This document shows positions 46,564 to 60,271 of a stretch of 64,000 nt of DNA, piece after piece; the stretch's first letter is position 1; the number at the start of each line of letters is the position of its first letter. Source of the stretch: Callorhinchus milii (taxonomy: Eukaryota). The notes beneath the pieces are model-generated. The model did no database searches. It saw only the letters and a list, made by a program, of their open reading frames with translations, and was not told the origin of the DNA. A program made the translations under genes and the position numbers. Where the stretch lies: NCBI RefSeq assembly GCF_018977255.1, contig NW_024704746.1, positions 4,278,001 through 4,342,000 of the forward strand. The letters run 5' to 3'.

Positions 46564-49500
46564 ATGCTCTACCTGGTGGGCCTCGGGCTGGGCGACGCGC
46601 AGGACATCTCGGTGAAGGGGCTGCAGGCCGTCCGCCGGTGCAGCCGCGTCTACCTGGAGGCCTACACCTCGATGCTCACCGTGGGCAAGGAAGCGCTGGT
46701 AGGTCCCCTCACCCGGCGGCCCGTGGCGCCTCCCGCCGGCTCAGACACAAGCCGTGCGGTTGGACGGCGGTGCTTTTAACTTCCAAAGGATTCCCAGCGT
46801 TTCACAGGTTTTTGCTGCCAAATGTCGTGACTGTATTTGTTATCAAAAGCAGCAATTAATCTGTATACAGCAGATGCCCCTCAAAACGACCATGTTATCT
46901 GGGAGTGGGGGGTTGTTGGACAAGGCATCAGGAGAAACTCCCTTCGCTTTCCCAGTAGCACAGTGGGATCTTTAATGTCAATTTGAATAGCAGATGGGAC
47001 TTAATTTTAACTCTGCATCTGAAGGCTAACATTACTGTGTTCCACTATTACTGCACTGCATCATCAATGACAGACCATTGAGCGTGGCTCATCAGCAGGA
47101 TTTGGAGGGGGCAGTGCAGTCATTGGGAGCAGGATTTCTTCCCACTTGGCTCTGTTTAACACAGCAAACCGAAGCCCTAATGAGTAGGGTGGTCTTAGCT
47201 GGATACGTAGCAGAAAGCTTGCCAGACAGTGAATGCAATGACAAGTGTTTTTTTGCTGGTTAAACTCGAGCCGTTACCCCAACGCGCACTCTGGAGTCCC
47301 CAAGCCTTGGCACCTGTCAACCTGTACTACAAACTCTGGGATTAGATGAGGAGGGTGTGTGGTTCTGGGGAGAAAGAGTGCACATTCCATTCCAGATATG
47401 GGAATTTCCATCTGTAGGTGGCATGCGCGGAACTCTTGGATACACTTATTGGATTACATTTATAGTGATAGTTTTCCACATATGTCAGATACCCGGCTGA
47501 CCAAGTAAATATTGTTACAATGAGGAAAAATGTTCAGAGAAGCTTTAGAAACAAGAGTATTGGTCAGATGTATGGCTCACTGCCATTGTTTCTATTTCAA
47601 CCACAGGAAGAATTTTATGGCTGTGAAGTCATCATTGCAGAAAGAGAGATTGTTGAACAAGAGACTGATGATATTTTACGGGAAGCTGCCGTTGCTGATG
47701 TTGCCTTTCTTGTGGTGGGAGATCCATTTGGGTAAGTGCAATTGTCAATTGTGGTTGGTTTGCATTCTGAGACGTCCAGGGCTAATGCAGAAAGAGCAGA
47801 TAATGCTAAAATATTTCTGGTCATTCTGCCTACCACATATTGTAATACCGGACAATGAATACCTGGCAACATTGATTTCTGGGCTGAAGCTTACGGTTTG
47901 CACGCACCTGCCAGGATTTGAGCTACTCTGCTTAACTGAAGTGAAAGTACAGGCTGGTATATTTTCACTTATTGTAAGTGCAGATGCATACTGTTAAAAT
48001 CATGTTTAAATTTATAAATGTTTTAAAATATATAATTTAAAAACATCGTGGGAAGTGTAGCTAACAGAGAAGACTCTGAGGCACCTCAGGAGGACATAGC
48101 CAGATACTAGAGGGTGAAATGAAATGCAGAAAACTGCAGTTATACATTTTATAATAATAATAATAATTGCATTGATATAGCGTCTTATCAGGTCTTTGAG
48201 ATGTCTTGAGACAGAATTTGACGGAGTGACTGTATCTTTTGTTGGAGAAATGCAGCAGCCAATTGCACACAGCTGTGTTCCACAAACAGTCGTAGATTGA
48301 ATAACCCAATTCTTTTAAAAAGGGATTATTACCCCCGGAAAAGCGATCTACCAATTGACTTACAGCTGGGTGTCCTACTTACTGCTAGGTAAGCAAAGGC
48401 GTGTGGAGTAAGGAAAGTTGCCCAATGTTTCGCCCCACCCTGGAATTGAAAACGAGCGCTCTACCTAAGACACTACAGGACTCCACAATTAACTTTGATG
48501 TTGTTGCTGTTGATATTGCTGCTGTTTCTCACATTGGAGGAATAAAATGATATGAAATACAAATAAGGTGACACAACGATTGTTTTTTCCTTGAGTGAAA
48601 AAGAATGAGGGAGAGACTGCATATAGGGCCAATGTCCTACTTCTGTTCTGTAAATTTCTATTTTTTTAAGAATAGAGGACCAGAGGGGCTGAAGGATTAA
48701 CATAGATAAATAAATTTGTAAAGGTGGGAAGGCAGTGTGTCAGCCTGGCTCAGACAGTCGCACTCTTGCCTTCTGACTCTTGCAAATCTTTCTGGCTCCC
48801 ATTGACAATTCCGTGGTTCCACAAACACCATCTTGAAGCCCTGATAATGCTCAGATTGCACCTACTCTCCCTAAAGTTAGTTACAAATAATTTGATGCCA
48901 TCCGGAGCATGAAAGGCCCAGGGTTGAATCAAGGTTTCACTTAAAATATATAGTCATTTCACTTTACAGTATATTCTGTGAAGCGCTTTGTGATGCCTCG
49001 GAAGACGTGATAAGGCGCAATATCAAATGCAAGTATTATTATAAGGTTATGCCCTACTGTGATGGGCAACTGCTTTAGCAGGTATGGTGTAGGCTTTTAT
49101 AGCTATTCTGGAGTTCTTGATTTAAGAGGGGGAGGTAGGGAGTTTTTGTTCTTCAGCAATTAGACTGCTTAGACCATGATAGCGTAATATTGTACAAGGG
49201 CACTTAAAAGGCCAGGCATGAATCACCAGTAAGTCACAGAATAAAGATGTTAGATCTCCCCCCACCACACTTACTCAGCTTTTTTTTGTTGTAACTTTTT
49301 TTCCCTTGTTTACTCAAAATGCTTTCTCAACATATATTACTGACTTGAGCGGTGTTAGATCTAATGTGACACAGCCTTCACTATGAGAACATTGTGCACC
49401 AGTTATGCAGAGTATTATCAGTCGCCAACTTTCGATGCTTTCTGACAGGGCGACAACTCACTCTGATCTGGTTCTACGAGCAGTGAAGGCAGGAATCCAG

Positions 49501-52500
49501 TACCACATCATTCACAACGCCTCCATTCTGAATGCAGTTGGATGCTGCGGCCTTCAGGTAAAGCCTTTGCTAGGTTAACTGGTACTTTTCCAATCTATTT
49601 CACATCACATGGCAAAGTCACTTGTAGATAGGAAATCTGTTCAGCTGATTTTCATTTACATTAAAAATTAACGCTTTTGGTCATCTTTTCCCCTCTCCAT
49701 CCCACCTCTCTCGGCTCTCATCCTAACCCTAACCCAGCCGACAGTGTTGAGTGCTTTGAGTCCTTCCAATGTGAAAAGGGTGCTATGTAAATGTTGGTAT
49801 GTTTCTGGAAGGGTAACACAAAAAATATTTCTTATGTGGCCCATAGACCTTTCTCAAATAGGGAATCCGGCCTGTGGTAGCCAAAGGGATGGACCCTCTC
49901 TGGTCTAGATCTCCATCTCAGAATAATCTGAAAGATATTCTGTGTCATCCAGCATTCATATCGAAAATTATCAAATTACAGGTCTGAGATTTTCTGGGGT
50001 GTTGAGTGTTACAGTAAAGGTAAATTGGGGGAGAGTGGGCGATTTATCTTGGTGAAGGGAGTGGGAATGTGCAAGCAATCCAGAACCTTGAGTAGTTAGT
50101 AAATGTTGTTGGAACACTTGGTAATCTGGGGAATGCGAGTAGCAATATTGTAAGTGGTGAATTTGTATAAGTAAAGAACAATCCTAGAACGTAGAATTAC
50201 TTTGTGAAGTTGGTGTTAGTTCTCTAACTAGGTGCTGACATCTGAGCACACATGTGAGTAACTACTTGCCCAGAGCTATTCTGTGGTTAATATCACAGGC
50301 TGTCCTGGCGGTTCACACTTCTGTTTTTTAATTTTGTTTATCTTTCTTGTCTTTGTGAAATACATCTGCTTTCCCCCACTGTGGCCTTTGTGGTGATGGG
50401 TATTATTAGTATTGTAGTGTAGGGAACCATGTGCAATACGTCAAGCCCTTCACGGGTCAGTCAACGTTATGCTGTAGCTTCCCTTTGGCTGATTCCTTCA
50501 GTGCCCTGCACCTTGTGAAGATAATCGCTTTGAAACGCCTCGAAGACATGATATGCTGCTATATCAAATGCAAAGATTATTATTATACTTTTGCATGTTT
50601 CAATCTCCGGGTGTGTGTTTTAAAGGTGTAATTCCAGTAGCAAAGGCATTACATTTCTCAAAACCTGTGCGGTTAGATTATACATGGATTATTTGGTCAT
50701 TCGTCTCGTGGCTGTGCACGCTATTTTGTAAGCAGCGATTAAATGCTGCATTTACTTGCATAACAGTCACTACACTTTCAGAGCTCCAAGGCCCTTCTCA
50801 CGCTATATAAAGGCGCTATATAAATACAAGTTGTTTTACACTTCAAAGTCATTTCTGGTGTGCACTTTTGTGGAGTTTTTACCCACTCTCCCAGGTGGCC
50901 TCTCGGCCACTGACAGAGATGATAAAGCTGCAGAGACTTGTTTCCGTTTGGCGGGTTGTCAGGTCGCAATGCCCGTAGCTTGCTCTCAAATAATGATGAC
51001 AGCAAATTCCTTCCCTGACCTCCATTGTTTTAAGTAAATAACACTGATCCAAGTGAAAAGCCACACGTGCGTAGAGACAGCACACAAAATGTTCCCAGCA
51101 ATAAAAAGTTTAGAGTGGTTAAATATCACCAAACAGGAAGCACCTTTGGTGTCTGTGAAAGCTGGGAATGTGGCATTGGGGCTCTCACCAGAGGTAAGCC
51201 CTGGATCATCCCTGCCTGGGCTTAAATAATAATAATCCTTGCATTTGCTATAGCGTTTTTCACATCTTCTCGTGTGTCAAAGAGCTTCACAGAATATACA
51301 GTAAAGTGAATTGACCTTATATTTTGTGGGCAAAGGTGGAAGTTTAATCTGGAAAATAATAGTCTCTTATTTTGGTAGTTTTGGTTTGTAACATCTGTTC
51401 AGAAAGCATTGCACAGCTGTGCGTCCCTTTAGCTTTCCACTTCCATATTTACTGCACCGCTGATTGCTCAAGATTTAAGTATCGAGGTAATATTTTCATA
51501 CTTCCAAACAAACATAAAATTAGATTATTCACAAAATAGTTAGTAGAATGCAGCCGAGCCAATGACTGTGGTGTCAGCACTAACAACAAACAACAACAAA
51601 ATTACATTTGTATAGTGCATTTCACTTCAGGAGGACTAAGCGTTTCAGTTGGATGGTTTACAGTTTGTATTTGGGTTTATTATTGTGTCAGATGTCTGAA
51701 GAGCGAGAGTCTGTTCTCGTGGTGCCACGTGAGTCACATGGAAACTGGCAGCAGATGTTGAAAGTTGGTGCCATTGCTTCACTTTTTATACATTGGAATC
51801 ACTTCCTTTACTTGTCCCCAAGGATGTGTTTTGGCATCGGTTTGATCATAGAAAGAGAGGCCATTCGACTGGGGTTCGATTCCTGGCAGGGGCGAAACCT
51901 TACTCCACACACTGCTGTTTACCCAGTAGTAAGTAGAAAACCGGTTGTTAATCGATTGGTAGATCGCTTTCCAGGGACATAATCCCTTCCAAAAAAAAAT
52001 AATAATTTTGTCACTCAATTCACGACTGTTTGTGGGCCACTGCTGTGCGCAATTGGCTGCTGTGTTTCGCCCACAAAGTATAGTCCATTCACTTTACAGT
52101 ATATTCTGTGAAGCGCATTGAGATGTCTCAATGAATTGATAAGGCGCTATATCAAATGAAAGTTTATTATTATTATAATTGTATCTGTGCTGGTGCCATG
52201 CTTCCTATTTACATGTACTTCACTGCTGTTATTGGTGTCAGTTCGTTGTGTTGAACACGGATAATCCTAACACTGTCACCTATTTTTCCCAATATCAGTT
52301 TGAATTGCTGTGAGTGTACGTTGTCAACTTTGGTTGTTCTTGGCACTGCTTCTCCCAGTTTCCAGATACTAATGGTTTCAGGGTGAGCTGCTGCAGAGAT
52401 GTCTGTTCCCATTTCCTGCATAGAGCATAGTTTCCCACAGTAACTGTCCAGGAAAGAAGCTTACAGCGAGCACAGCCAAGAGGAAGTTTAGGAAAGAAGA

Positions 52501-55500
52501 GGGGATGTCCTGAAACAAAGCTGTGGAGCAGTAGAGAACCAACATCAGCAAAATTGAGGCTAGCTCCACTGATTGGTGAGAATTATCAGATGTCAGTCTG
52601 GCTTAGTTGGTAACACTCTCATCTCTAAGACAGAAGGTTGTGGGTTCAAGACTTTGAACTCAAAAGTCTAGGGTGACACTCCAATGCAGTGCTGGGGGAG
52701 TTGCTTTGAATGAGATGTTAAAACCGAGATCCCATCTGTGCCTGTTCAAGTGGATGATAAGGATCCCAGGGCACTACTTGAAAAGAGAATGGAGTTTCCC
52801 TTAGTGTCCTGGCCAACAGTCTTCCAGATAAAAATTGTTCATTCACTTTATGGCTGCTTGTGCGAGATTACTACAAAATTCACAGTCACTACAATTTAAA
52901 GAGAAACCTGTAGATTGATGAGAGTCTGTAATTAGGTGTTCATCAAACCTTCGAGGCCACTGGCAGCATTTCTACCAGATTTTATAAGTTGACTGTGATG
53001 TTGTACAAATAGGTTGAAATTCTCTCATTATCTGTTCACAACATGCTGTCAGCATTTTGCTTTCTGATTGGATTGGAAAGACTGGTTAGCGCCCGCATAC
53101 ACTGTTGCTAACAGTATTGTCCAAATTCCAACCTTACCCAGGAATGCTAAGAAACCATTTGCAAACTGAAGGAAGTATTCCTTTAATGGTGAAGCAAAGT
53201 GGTTAGTTGGTTGTGGTTGTTCTTCGTTCTGAATTAAAGATCTTCCTATTCTCCCCCAAAATAATCTGCTGCAGATGTGTAAATTGTAAGATTGAAGTTG
53301 GATCTGAGAAAAGTTACACAAGTATGCCCTGGGAAGATTTGTGGTNAAAAAAAAAGTTGTCTGGTGTTGACTGCAGTCTGGCATCATTGTGTTTTGCATA
53401 AGGAGGGTACAGTGGTATTTGCTCTGCTCTCTTGGGCTGCTCTAAGTGCACCTGGTCTATCGCTTGACGTTGATGTTTAGTACTGAATTCTCGGCACGTG
53501 TATTATTACAGGTTCAGTAACTCAATCTGCATCCTGTTCCAATAGTTACTATGATAAATATTCTAGTCCTTAGACTTGCGAGGTGCGGCAATAATCATAG
53601 TAATAAATTCAGACTAATGTAGTAAAGAAACATTCCTGCTGGTAAATGGAGTCAGTCTTGTGGGATTTCAGAAATATTTGTATTGCATGATTGTCTCTAA
53701 TAGGTATTATGTTTCTTAATTAAGAAATCCAGATGGGGATTTGCTCCAGTAATTGGGTGGGTGTCATGTTTCATCGAGGAAACAGCTCTGATAGTGTTGG
53801 AATGGCATTCTCAGAGATCAATTTTATTTCTTAATTGAGTATATCACAAAATTCCCTGGTATTTTCATGTTCAGATGCAAAGCTAAAGAAGTTTCTATAG
53901 GCTGTTTCCATGTGCAGTGAGAAACCAGGTCCACTAGTCTGAGTGTTATTCCTAGGCTTTTAATGTGTTACTCACATGGGTACAGTACCATCTTTTCCTC
54001 AGTGCACCAGATCTCACAGCCCTCAGATAATAGGGGTTCCCACAGTGCCAGGTTCTGTGAGCTTGAAAACCAAGGAGACTGCCATTCTTTCCAGTGAATA
54101 ATCGTATCTGTAGGTCTAGTTATATGCAGAATGTAGCCTTCCTGTTGCCCTCAAAGCCTTTTTAACAGGGTTTCATTTTCCTTAGCTCTACAATTATGGA
54201 GAAACTGTGTCAATCGTGTTCTGGACAGAGACCTGGAAACCAGAGAGCTTCTACGACAAGATTGAAAGGAACCGGCGGACAGGAGTTCACACTCTGTGCT
54301 TACTTGGTATGTATTTCTATACTTAATGTAGCACTCGTCTCCCTCACTAGTACACACTGGTTTCCCTGCCCACTGCCAGTATGTACACATGCAGGAAAAG
54401 TAAAAATCAAAGATCCATGTCATGGGCATGTGTAACTCCCCAAGCCACCATGCTTCGCCTTTCTTCTTAGGAGGAACAGCACATCCAATTGTGTCTGTGC
54501 TGGTGCTCGCTCCCTCACTGGAGCTCTGTCCTCTAATCCCGTTCCCAACTCTCTCCCCATCGTGTCTGTGCTGGTGCTTGCTCTTCCCCGGAACTTTCTC
54601 ATCCCATTTCCACTGCTTTTTTTTCCCATCATGTCGCTTAATTTTACTTCTGTTGCACGACTGATAGCTTTGTTTTGGCAAATTGTCTTGTTGGATTGGG
54701 CAGAGTCCTGAGAAGTTTTACAAGAATCCAACTAATGGAAAGCAGACAATGTAAAGAGTTTGCTTCACTGGCTGCAACAGAGAACTACCCATTAAAGGGA
54801 CACCACCTTCGTGAAATAATATTTGGTAGAATGAGAAATTTATAACACTCAAGGCCATTCCCACTGGATCAATCCACTTTAATCCCGATTCCTGTGTCTG
54901 TTAGTGCTCCCCCTCCTTCCCCCACCCCAAGCTTTCTATTCCGATTCCATTTCCCTCCTCCTTTCCCACGCTAGTGTTTTACTGTAACTGCTGCCTTTAC
55001 TTTGTAAATGCTCCCTTAACAAATACATCTAATCAGAGCACTGCCCCTTTAAGCATTGGCTGGATCTATAAGAATTGAAAAAAAAACAAATTATGGCATG
55101 AATTATTTTGAAATTCCAATACTTTGGGCTGAAATACCACAACTGTAACCTCGTGACACGGAGATTTTTTTCTGAGAGCTGAAGATGTCAGACTCACTGA
55201 TTTATTTTTATAGAAAGGCAGGTTGGCATTTTGCCAGCAGATCGCCTCTCCCAATAAGGTGTTGCAGGAAATGCTCTGGGAATGAAAGAATCCCATTACC
55301 CACCGAGTCTGAGGCTGAACATGATATTTCCCCGACTTAATTATAATGTTAGCCCTTGTCCTGCAGGCTCTCCAAGGATGCAGTTCGTAGAGGCATAGTT
55401 GGTGCTGAACTAACTAGCAGTGTTTGTTGAATTAATGGATTGAATAAATGCTCCTGCATGAGGAGCACTATATAAATTCAAGTTGTTGTTCTTGAAACAA

Positions 55501-58500
55501 GCCATACTTACCGTAAACCCATTAACGGTGCTGTACAGAAGCACATCATTATAGGGCTATCTTAAATCACCATTTCGATGACCACATTTGCTATCTTCAG
55601 CTGAAATTCTCTAATGTTTAAATGTTTCTCAAATATGTGCAGTGGGCCTCTACTGAGTATTAATAGGCTCCACAAATTAGGTACAGAGAGGATTCTGGAG
55701 ATTTACAACTTGATATTTTACTGTTGGGAATGTTCTGAGACCCAGTGACTCACAGCTCCCTGTGGGAATGGTCTGAAACCAACCGTGCATGTGGCCTGCT
55801 GGATGTTTTTCAATGTAAAATAATCCTTCTTTATATTTTCTGTGTAGACCTCAAAGTGAAGGAGCAGTCGCTAGAAAATCTAATGAGGTAAATGTCTCCT
55901 CTGTAACACCGTGATTGTGATACTCCTCTGTAGCACCATGGACTCCTATAGTTTAGTTGTTAGTACACTCACCTCGCACGTGAGAGACCTGGGTTTGATT
56001 CCCGGGCAGGGCGAAACGTTGGACAAGTTTCCTTACTTCACATGCCTCTATTTACCTAACAGTAAGTAAGAACTTGGTTATTAGTTGATTTGCATACTGC
56101 TTTGCCAGGGTAATAATTCCCTTCAAATAAAATGAAAATAATAATAATTTGGTCACTGAATGCATGACTGTTTGTGGGACACTGCTGCGTGCAATTGGCT
56201 GCCATGTTTCACCCACAAAATATACAGTCTATTCACTTGACAGTATATTCTGTGAAGCGCTTTGAGGCATCTTGAAAACATAAGGATAACATAATAATGC
56301 TTGCTGTATCAAATGCAAGCATTATTATTATATCCTTGTATTGATTCACTAGATGCCTCTTGCTAAGAGCTCATTTTCTTTCTTGCGCTCTCGCTCCCTT
56401 TCGGCGCAATGCAGGGCCCGCCTCACTTGTCGAGCAAACAATCACTTCATGTTAGTATAGACTCCAGAGCAAATCAATCCTCTTCATTAACTCTGTGGAG
56501 ATGATTACCGATTTTAGTGAAAGAGAGATTTTCAGCACGGAAGGGGTTATTGGCCAATCATATCTGTATTACCGCTACCAGCTCTGTAGCTATTGTAGAA
56601 CAATTTGTCAAAGTTGTCTTAAAACAGTGTCGATTGTAGGCATTTAAAAAGAATTGGAACAAGCGCATTCAGAGGAATTGGATAGAGGGTACTAGGGAAG
56701 AGCAGGTAATTGGGATTTGGATAGAGGGTACCAGGAGAGAGCAGGGAATTGGGATTCGGCTTGAAGGAGCAAACTCTGACACACAAAAAAAAAAGGCTGA
56801 TTGGCATCCAACTGTGTGGTGAGTTTCTATGGTTCTGGGGATAAGAAATGTTTAACTGCGGTTTGACCTTTCCTTTCCAGGGGCAGGAAGATCTACGAGC
56901 CTCCGAGGTATATGTCTGTCATGCAGGCTGCAGAGCAGCTGCTGCACATCATTGACAATCGGAGAAAACGGGAGGAAGAGCTGGGTGAGTAACCTCCAGG
57001 GCCCAGTGTTTCAGGTCAGCTCAGTTTCCAACATCACCTGAAAGAAATGGGCCAGGCAGGCATGTAACAAGGCCTGAAATGTCTGCACGTCATAAAAGCA
57101 TAGAAATCTATGGCACATAAAAAGGCCATTCAGCCCATTGTGTCTGTGATGCTCCCTCAAAAGCAATTTTTTCAGTCCCATTTACTTGCCTTTCCCATTC
57201 CCCCTGTGTCTGATATGAAAGATGTAGTCAAATGCAGAGATTAATAATATCCCTATTATAGGAGAAATACAGTCTGCCCCTCCTTTCTGAACCCCTGGCC
57301 CAGCTCAACAGTCCTTAGTGACGTTTGATCAAAGTGACGCATTGTGAAAGTCTGTACAAATGTAATTTGTTGTTGTTTATAATTGCACCATTCCCTCCGA
57401 GCAGTGCAGCTTGTTTATAATACAGTGTGTAAACTCTTGGCGAGCTATACAAATTGTATTTAATACCAAGCTTGGAAGAGAATCCTAGACTGCTCACGAT
57501 GTAATGGTTTATTTTACTGATGATCTTTGTGATCTGCTGGTGATGAGGAGGCTCCCGCAGCATTAAACAACGATGAGCCAACCATAGCTGTTAGCGTACG
57601 AAACCATAACCTACTGACTCAGAGGTGAGAGTGGCAAAGTTGATACTATCTGAGCCAGGCCACATGAAGATGTGGGCAATTTTGCTTATTTCTGACTCAC
57701 ATTTGGAGTCCCATAGCGTAGTGGTTATCACGCTCGCCTTGCAAGAGAGAAGACCTAGGTTTGTTTACTGGTCAGGGTGAAACTTACTCCACATTCCTCT
57801 ATTTATCTCGCAGAATAGGAACTCAATTGTTAGTCGATTAGCAGATTTCTTTCCAGGGCTAATAGTGCCTCCAGATTTAAAAAAAAACTAAACATTACAG
57901 TAGATTCTGTGAAGCGCTTTGTGTCTTCTCAACGATGTGATAAGGCGTTATATCAAGTGCAAGGATTATTATTAAAATGACTCGCTCCCTGCTTCTTCTC
58001 GGATTGCATGTCCTCTTATCAGCTGAGGTTTGTTGGATAACAGAAGAAAGAAAATGCAACAGAGCAACTTGCTTTCCAGATCTTACCCAATTTTTACCAG
58101 CTTTTGCAATTGTAATTCTCCTACAGGGAGGTGGGGGGGTGGTTAGCCTTATCCAACAACAACAAAATTACATTTATATAGCGCCTTTCACTTCGGAGGA
58201 CATCCCAAGGCGCTGGACAGGCAGTTATCTATAACCTAAAATAATAATAATAATAATAATAAATTTGTATTCTTCCAGAATCATGCAGCTAACATTGTTA
58301 GTCTCCAGCATTGTTTGTCTTTGGCCAAAGTTTAATACATATTTAATTTATATTTAAATCTATATATATGTAAATTATTTATTTAAATAAAGCCTAAATG
58401 TTGTTGCTGTAAAGCTCTGTGATTCTAGTCCAACTCACAATTAAACAACAATAGCAACAACAACAAACAGCAAATTGCATCTATATAGTTAAAGTGCAAC

Positions 58501-59488
58501 CCAAACAGAAATCAGATCCTGGACTGGAAACTCCTAACAGAGGGTCGTGGGAATGTGGCGTGCACTGCCCTGTGCTGCTGCAGATGCAGAATCCTTTGGG
58601 CTGCGTAAAAGGGAGAGACATTCACACATACATGCATACGTGGGAAGTCATGGAAATGAGAGATGCAGGGAAATAGGAATAAAAGATCTGCTTTACCCAA
58701 TAAACTGAGCAACATGCTGAACTGGCTGAACTCCTGTTCTTACTACAAACACCACCTGTGTGAAATGCATCCTTAAAAATATCTATATTCAAATGTATGT
58801 TTTGTTCCCTAATTGACATACTTAATAATAATCCTTGCATTTTAAATAGCCCCCTTATCATGTCTTCCAGACATCTCAAAGCGCTTCACAGAATATACTG
58901 TGAAGTGAATCGACTGTATATTTTGTGGGGGAAACACAGCAGCCAGTTTGGCACAGCAGTGTCGCACAAACAGTCATGGATTGAGGACCAAATTATTTTT
59001 ATTTTATAATATGTAGTTTTAACAACAAATTATATTTGTATAGCGCATTTCAGGAGGACATCTGGGTAGAAACTGCTAGGTAAACGTGTGTGGGGGGAGG
59101 AAGCTTGCCTAATGTTTTGCCCTGCCTGGAGATTGAACCAAGGACCTCTTGCTTGCGAGGCGAGTGCTGTAACTACGGAGCTTCAGGACTCCACAGAGAA
59201 TGCCTGTGAGGTATCGCTCTAACTGCCATTGGTTTCTTCCAACATAATGCAGCCATGACCGAAGACACCATCTGCGTGGGGCTGGCCAGAGTGGGGGCGA
59301 AGGACCAGAAGATTGCAGCAGGAACCCTGAGGCAGCTGGCTGGCCAGGATTTGGGAGATCCGCTCCATTCACTGATCATTACAGGGCGTATGCACCCCGT
59401 GGAGATAGACATGCTCAAACTGTTTGCAGTGGACGATTCCAGTTTTGATAAACTAATAATAGTGGACGGCTCGAGCTACTTCTCCTAG
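46564..59488 (+). CDS. DPH5: Diphthine methyl ester synthase, 289 aa
   Basis: 7 GT-AG exons totalling 870 nt: 46564-46698, 47607-47731, 49449-49557, 54186-54306, 55848-55887, 56881-56984, 59253-59488. Motifs [67 protein letters not shown] and GDPLHSLII. Confidence 0.97.
47070..47505 (+). mobile_element. Copy of the unclassified interspersed repeat (DPH5 intron 1)
   Basis: Bridges the 22905/23690-type segment and the 18440-type segment; ends in GTCAGATACCCGGCTGACCAA. Confidence 0.65.
48150..48486 (-). mobile_element. tRNA-derived SINE
   Basis: Family head and tail in reverse orientation. Confidence 0.85.
51860..52178 (+). mobile_element. tRNA-derived SINE, 5'-truncated
   Basis: B-box GGTTCGATTCC followed by family body and tail. 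Confidence 0.8.
52598..52900 (+). mobile_element. Deu-domain-type SINE with tRNA-like head
   Basis: CAGAAGGTTGTGGGTTCAAG...CTAGGGTGACACTCCAATGCAGTGCTG...GAGATGTTAAAACCGAG...GGATCCCAGGGCACTA. Confidence 0.7.
55938..56331 (+). mobile_element. tRNA-derived SINE, full length
   Basis: Head, body and tail all present. Confidence 0.85.
57703..57973 (+). mobile_element. tRNA-derived SINE, internally deleted
   Basis: Head TGGAGTCCCATAGCGTAGTGG and tail AAGGATTATT. Confidence 0.8.
58822..59194 (-). mobile_element. tRNA-derived SINE
   Basis: Head ends at GGACTCCAC (59194), about 60 nt before the DPH5 exon 7 acceptor. Confidence 0.85.
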
Positions 59489-59495
59489 CAGCCAA

Positions 59496-59501
59496 AATAA
59501 A
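59496..59501 (+). terminator. Candidate DPH5 polyadenylation signal
   Basis: AATAAA beginning 8 nt after the TAG stop. Confidence 0.45.
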
Positions 59502-60265
59502 GTACACCTAAACTGCAGGATTGCCATGTTTGCTTCAGCAGCGGTGGGGGGGGGGGCAGCTGCATTCAAATTATCACGCGACAGACACCCACATGACCAC
59601 AGGATAACGGTGGCTGTGTGTTCGGCTAACAGACGCTCAGGGCAGATTACTGATGACAGACGGGGTTGATAAGATAATTTTTTGCAGGTTTTTTTTTCCT
59701 GTTTGTGAATCCTGAGCCTGTTTCAACAGCAGCATGAACCAGGCCACCCTCAGAATGGCTGGGAATGCAGCTCGTGCTGGCCTCACTGCCCCTGGGCTAG
59801 GGTGGCAATACTCGGCCTGCTTTGCTGCTGGGCAGTGATCAGCGCGCTGTGATTTCCACCTCCCGCTCTGCCTGGACCCCACATGAAGAGATTGGTGGCT
59901 TCAGTCAGTGTCCGCACCTCTGTGAGCCAGCCTGTTTTTAAGAGGGAAGAAAGCTTAATACATACCAATAATCAGTATATTTAATACAGCACCTTTCCCA
60001 GCAGGAGGCCATTTCCTAGCACTTCATGGGACTTAAAGTGTAGTGACTTTTGTGGGAAGCCAATAACTTTGAATTTTTGTATATTTATACTGTATAGAGG
60101 TAATAGATCAGGAGATAAAATAAATTTCAGTGCTCCAGGATATGCTATCCAGGGTGAAGACTAACACTTACATTTATATAGCATCCATGGCAAATGGATC
60201 TTTCATGGAAAAATAACATTTACATTTAACAAGACATTTAGATTGAACAAAATGTTGCCAAAATA

Positions 60266-60271
60266 TTTATT
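60266..60271 (-). terminator. Candidate SLC30A7 polyadenylation signal (implies a ~2.3 kb 3' UTR)
   Basis: AATAAA on the minus strand at the end of a long AU-rich tract without obvious TEs (60270-62583). Confidence 0.5.

Noticed and set aside
54470-54610. Similarity to 6990-7130 suggesting a local duplication
   Set aside because: Both are reverse-oriented CR1 LINE 3' tail fragments.
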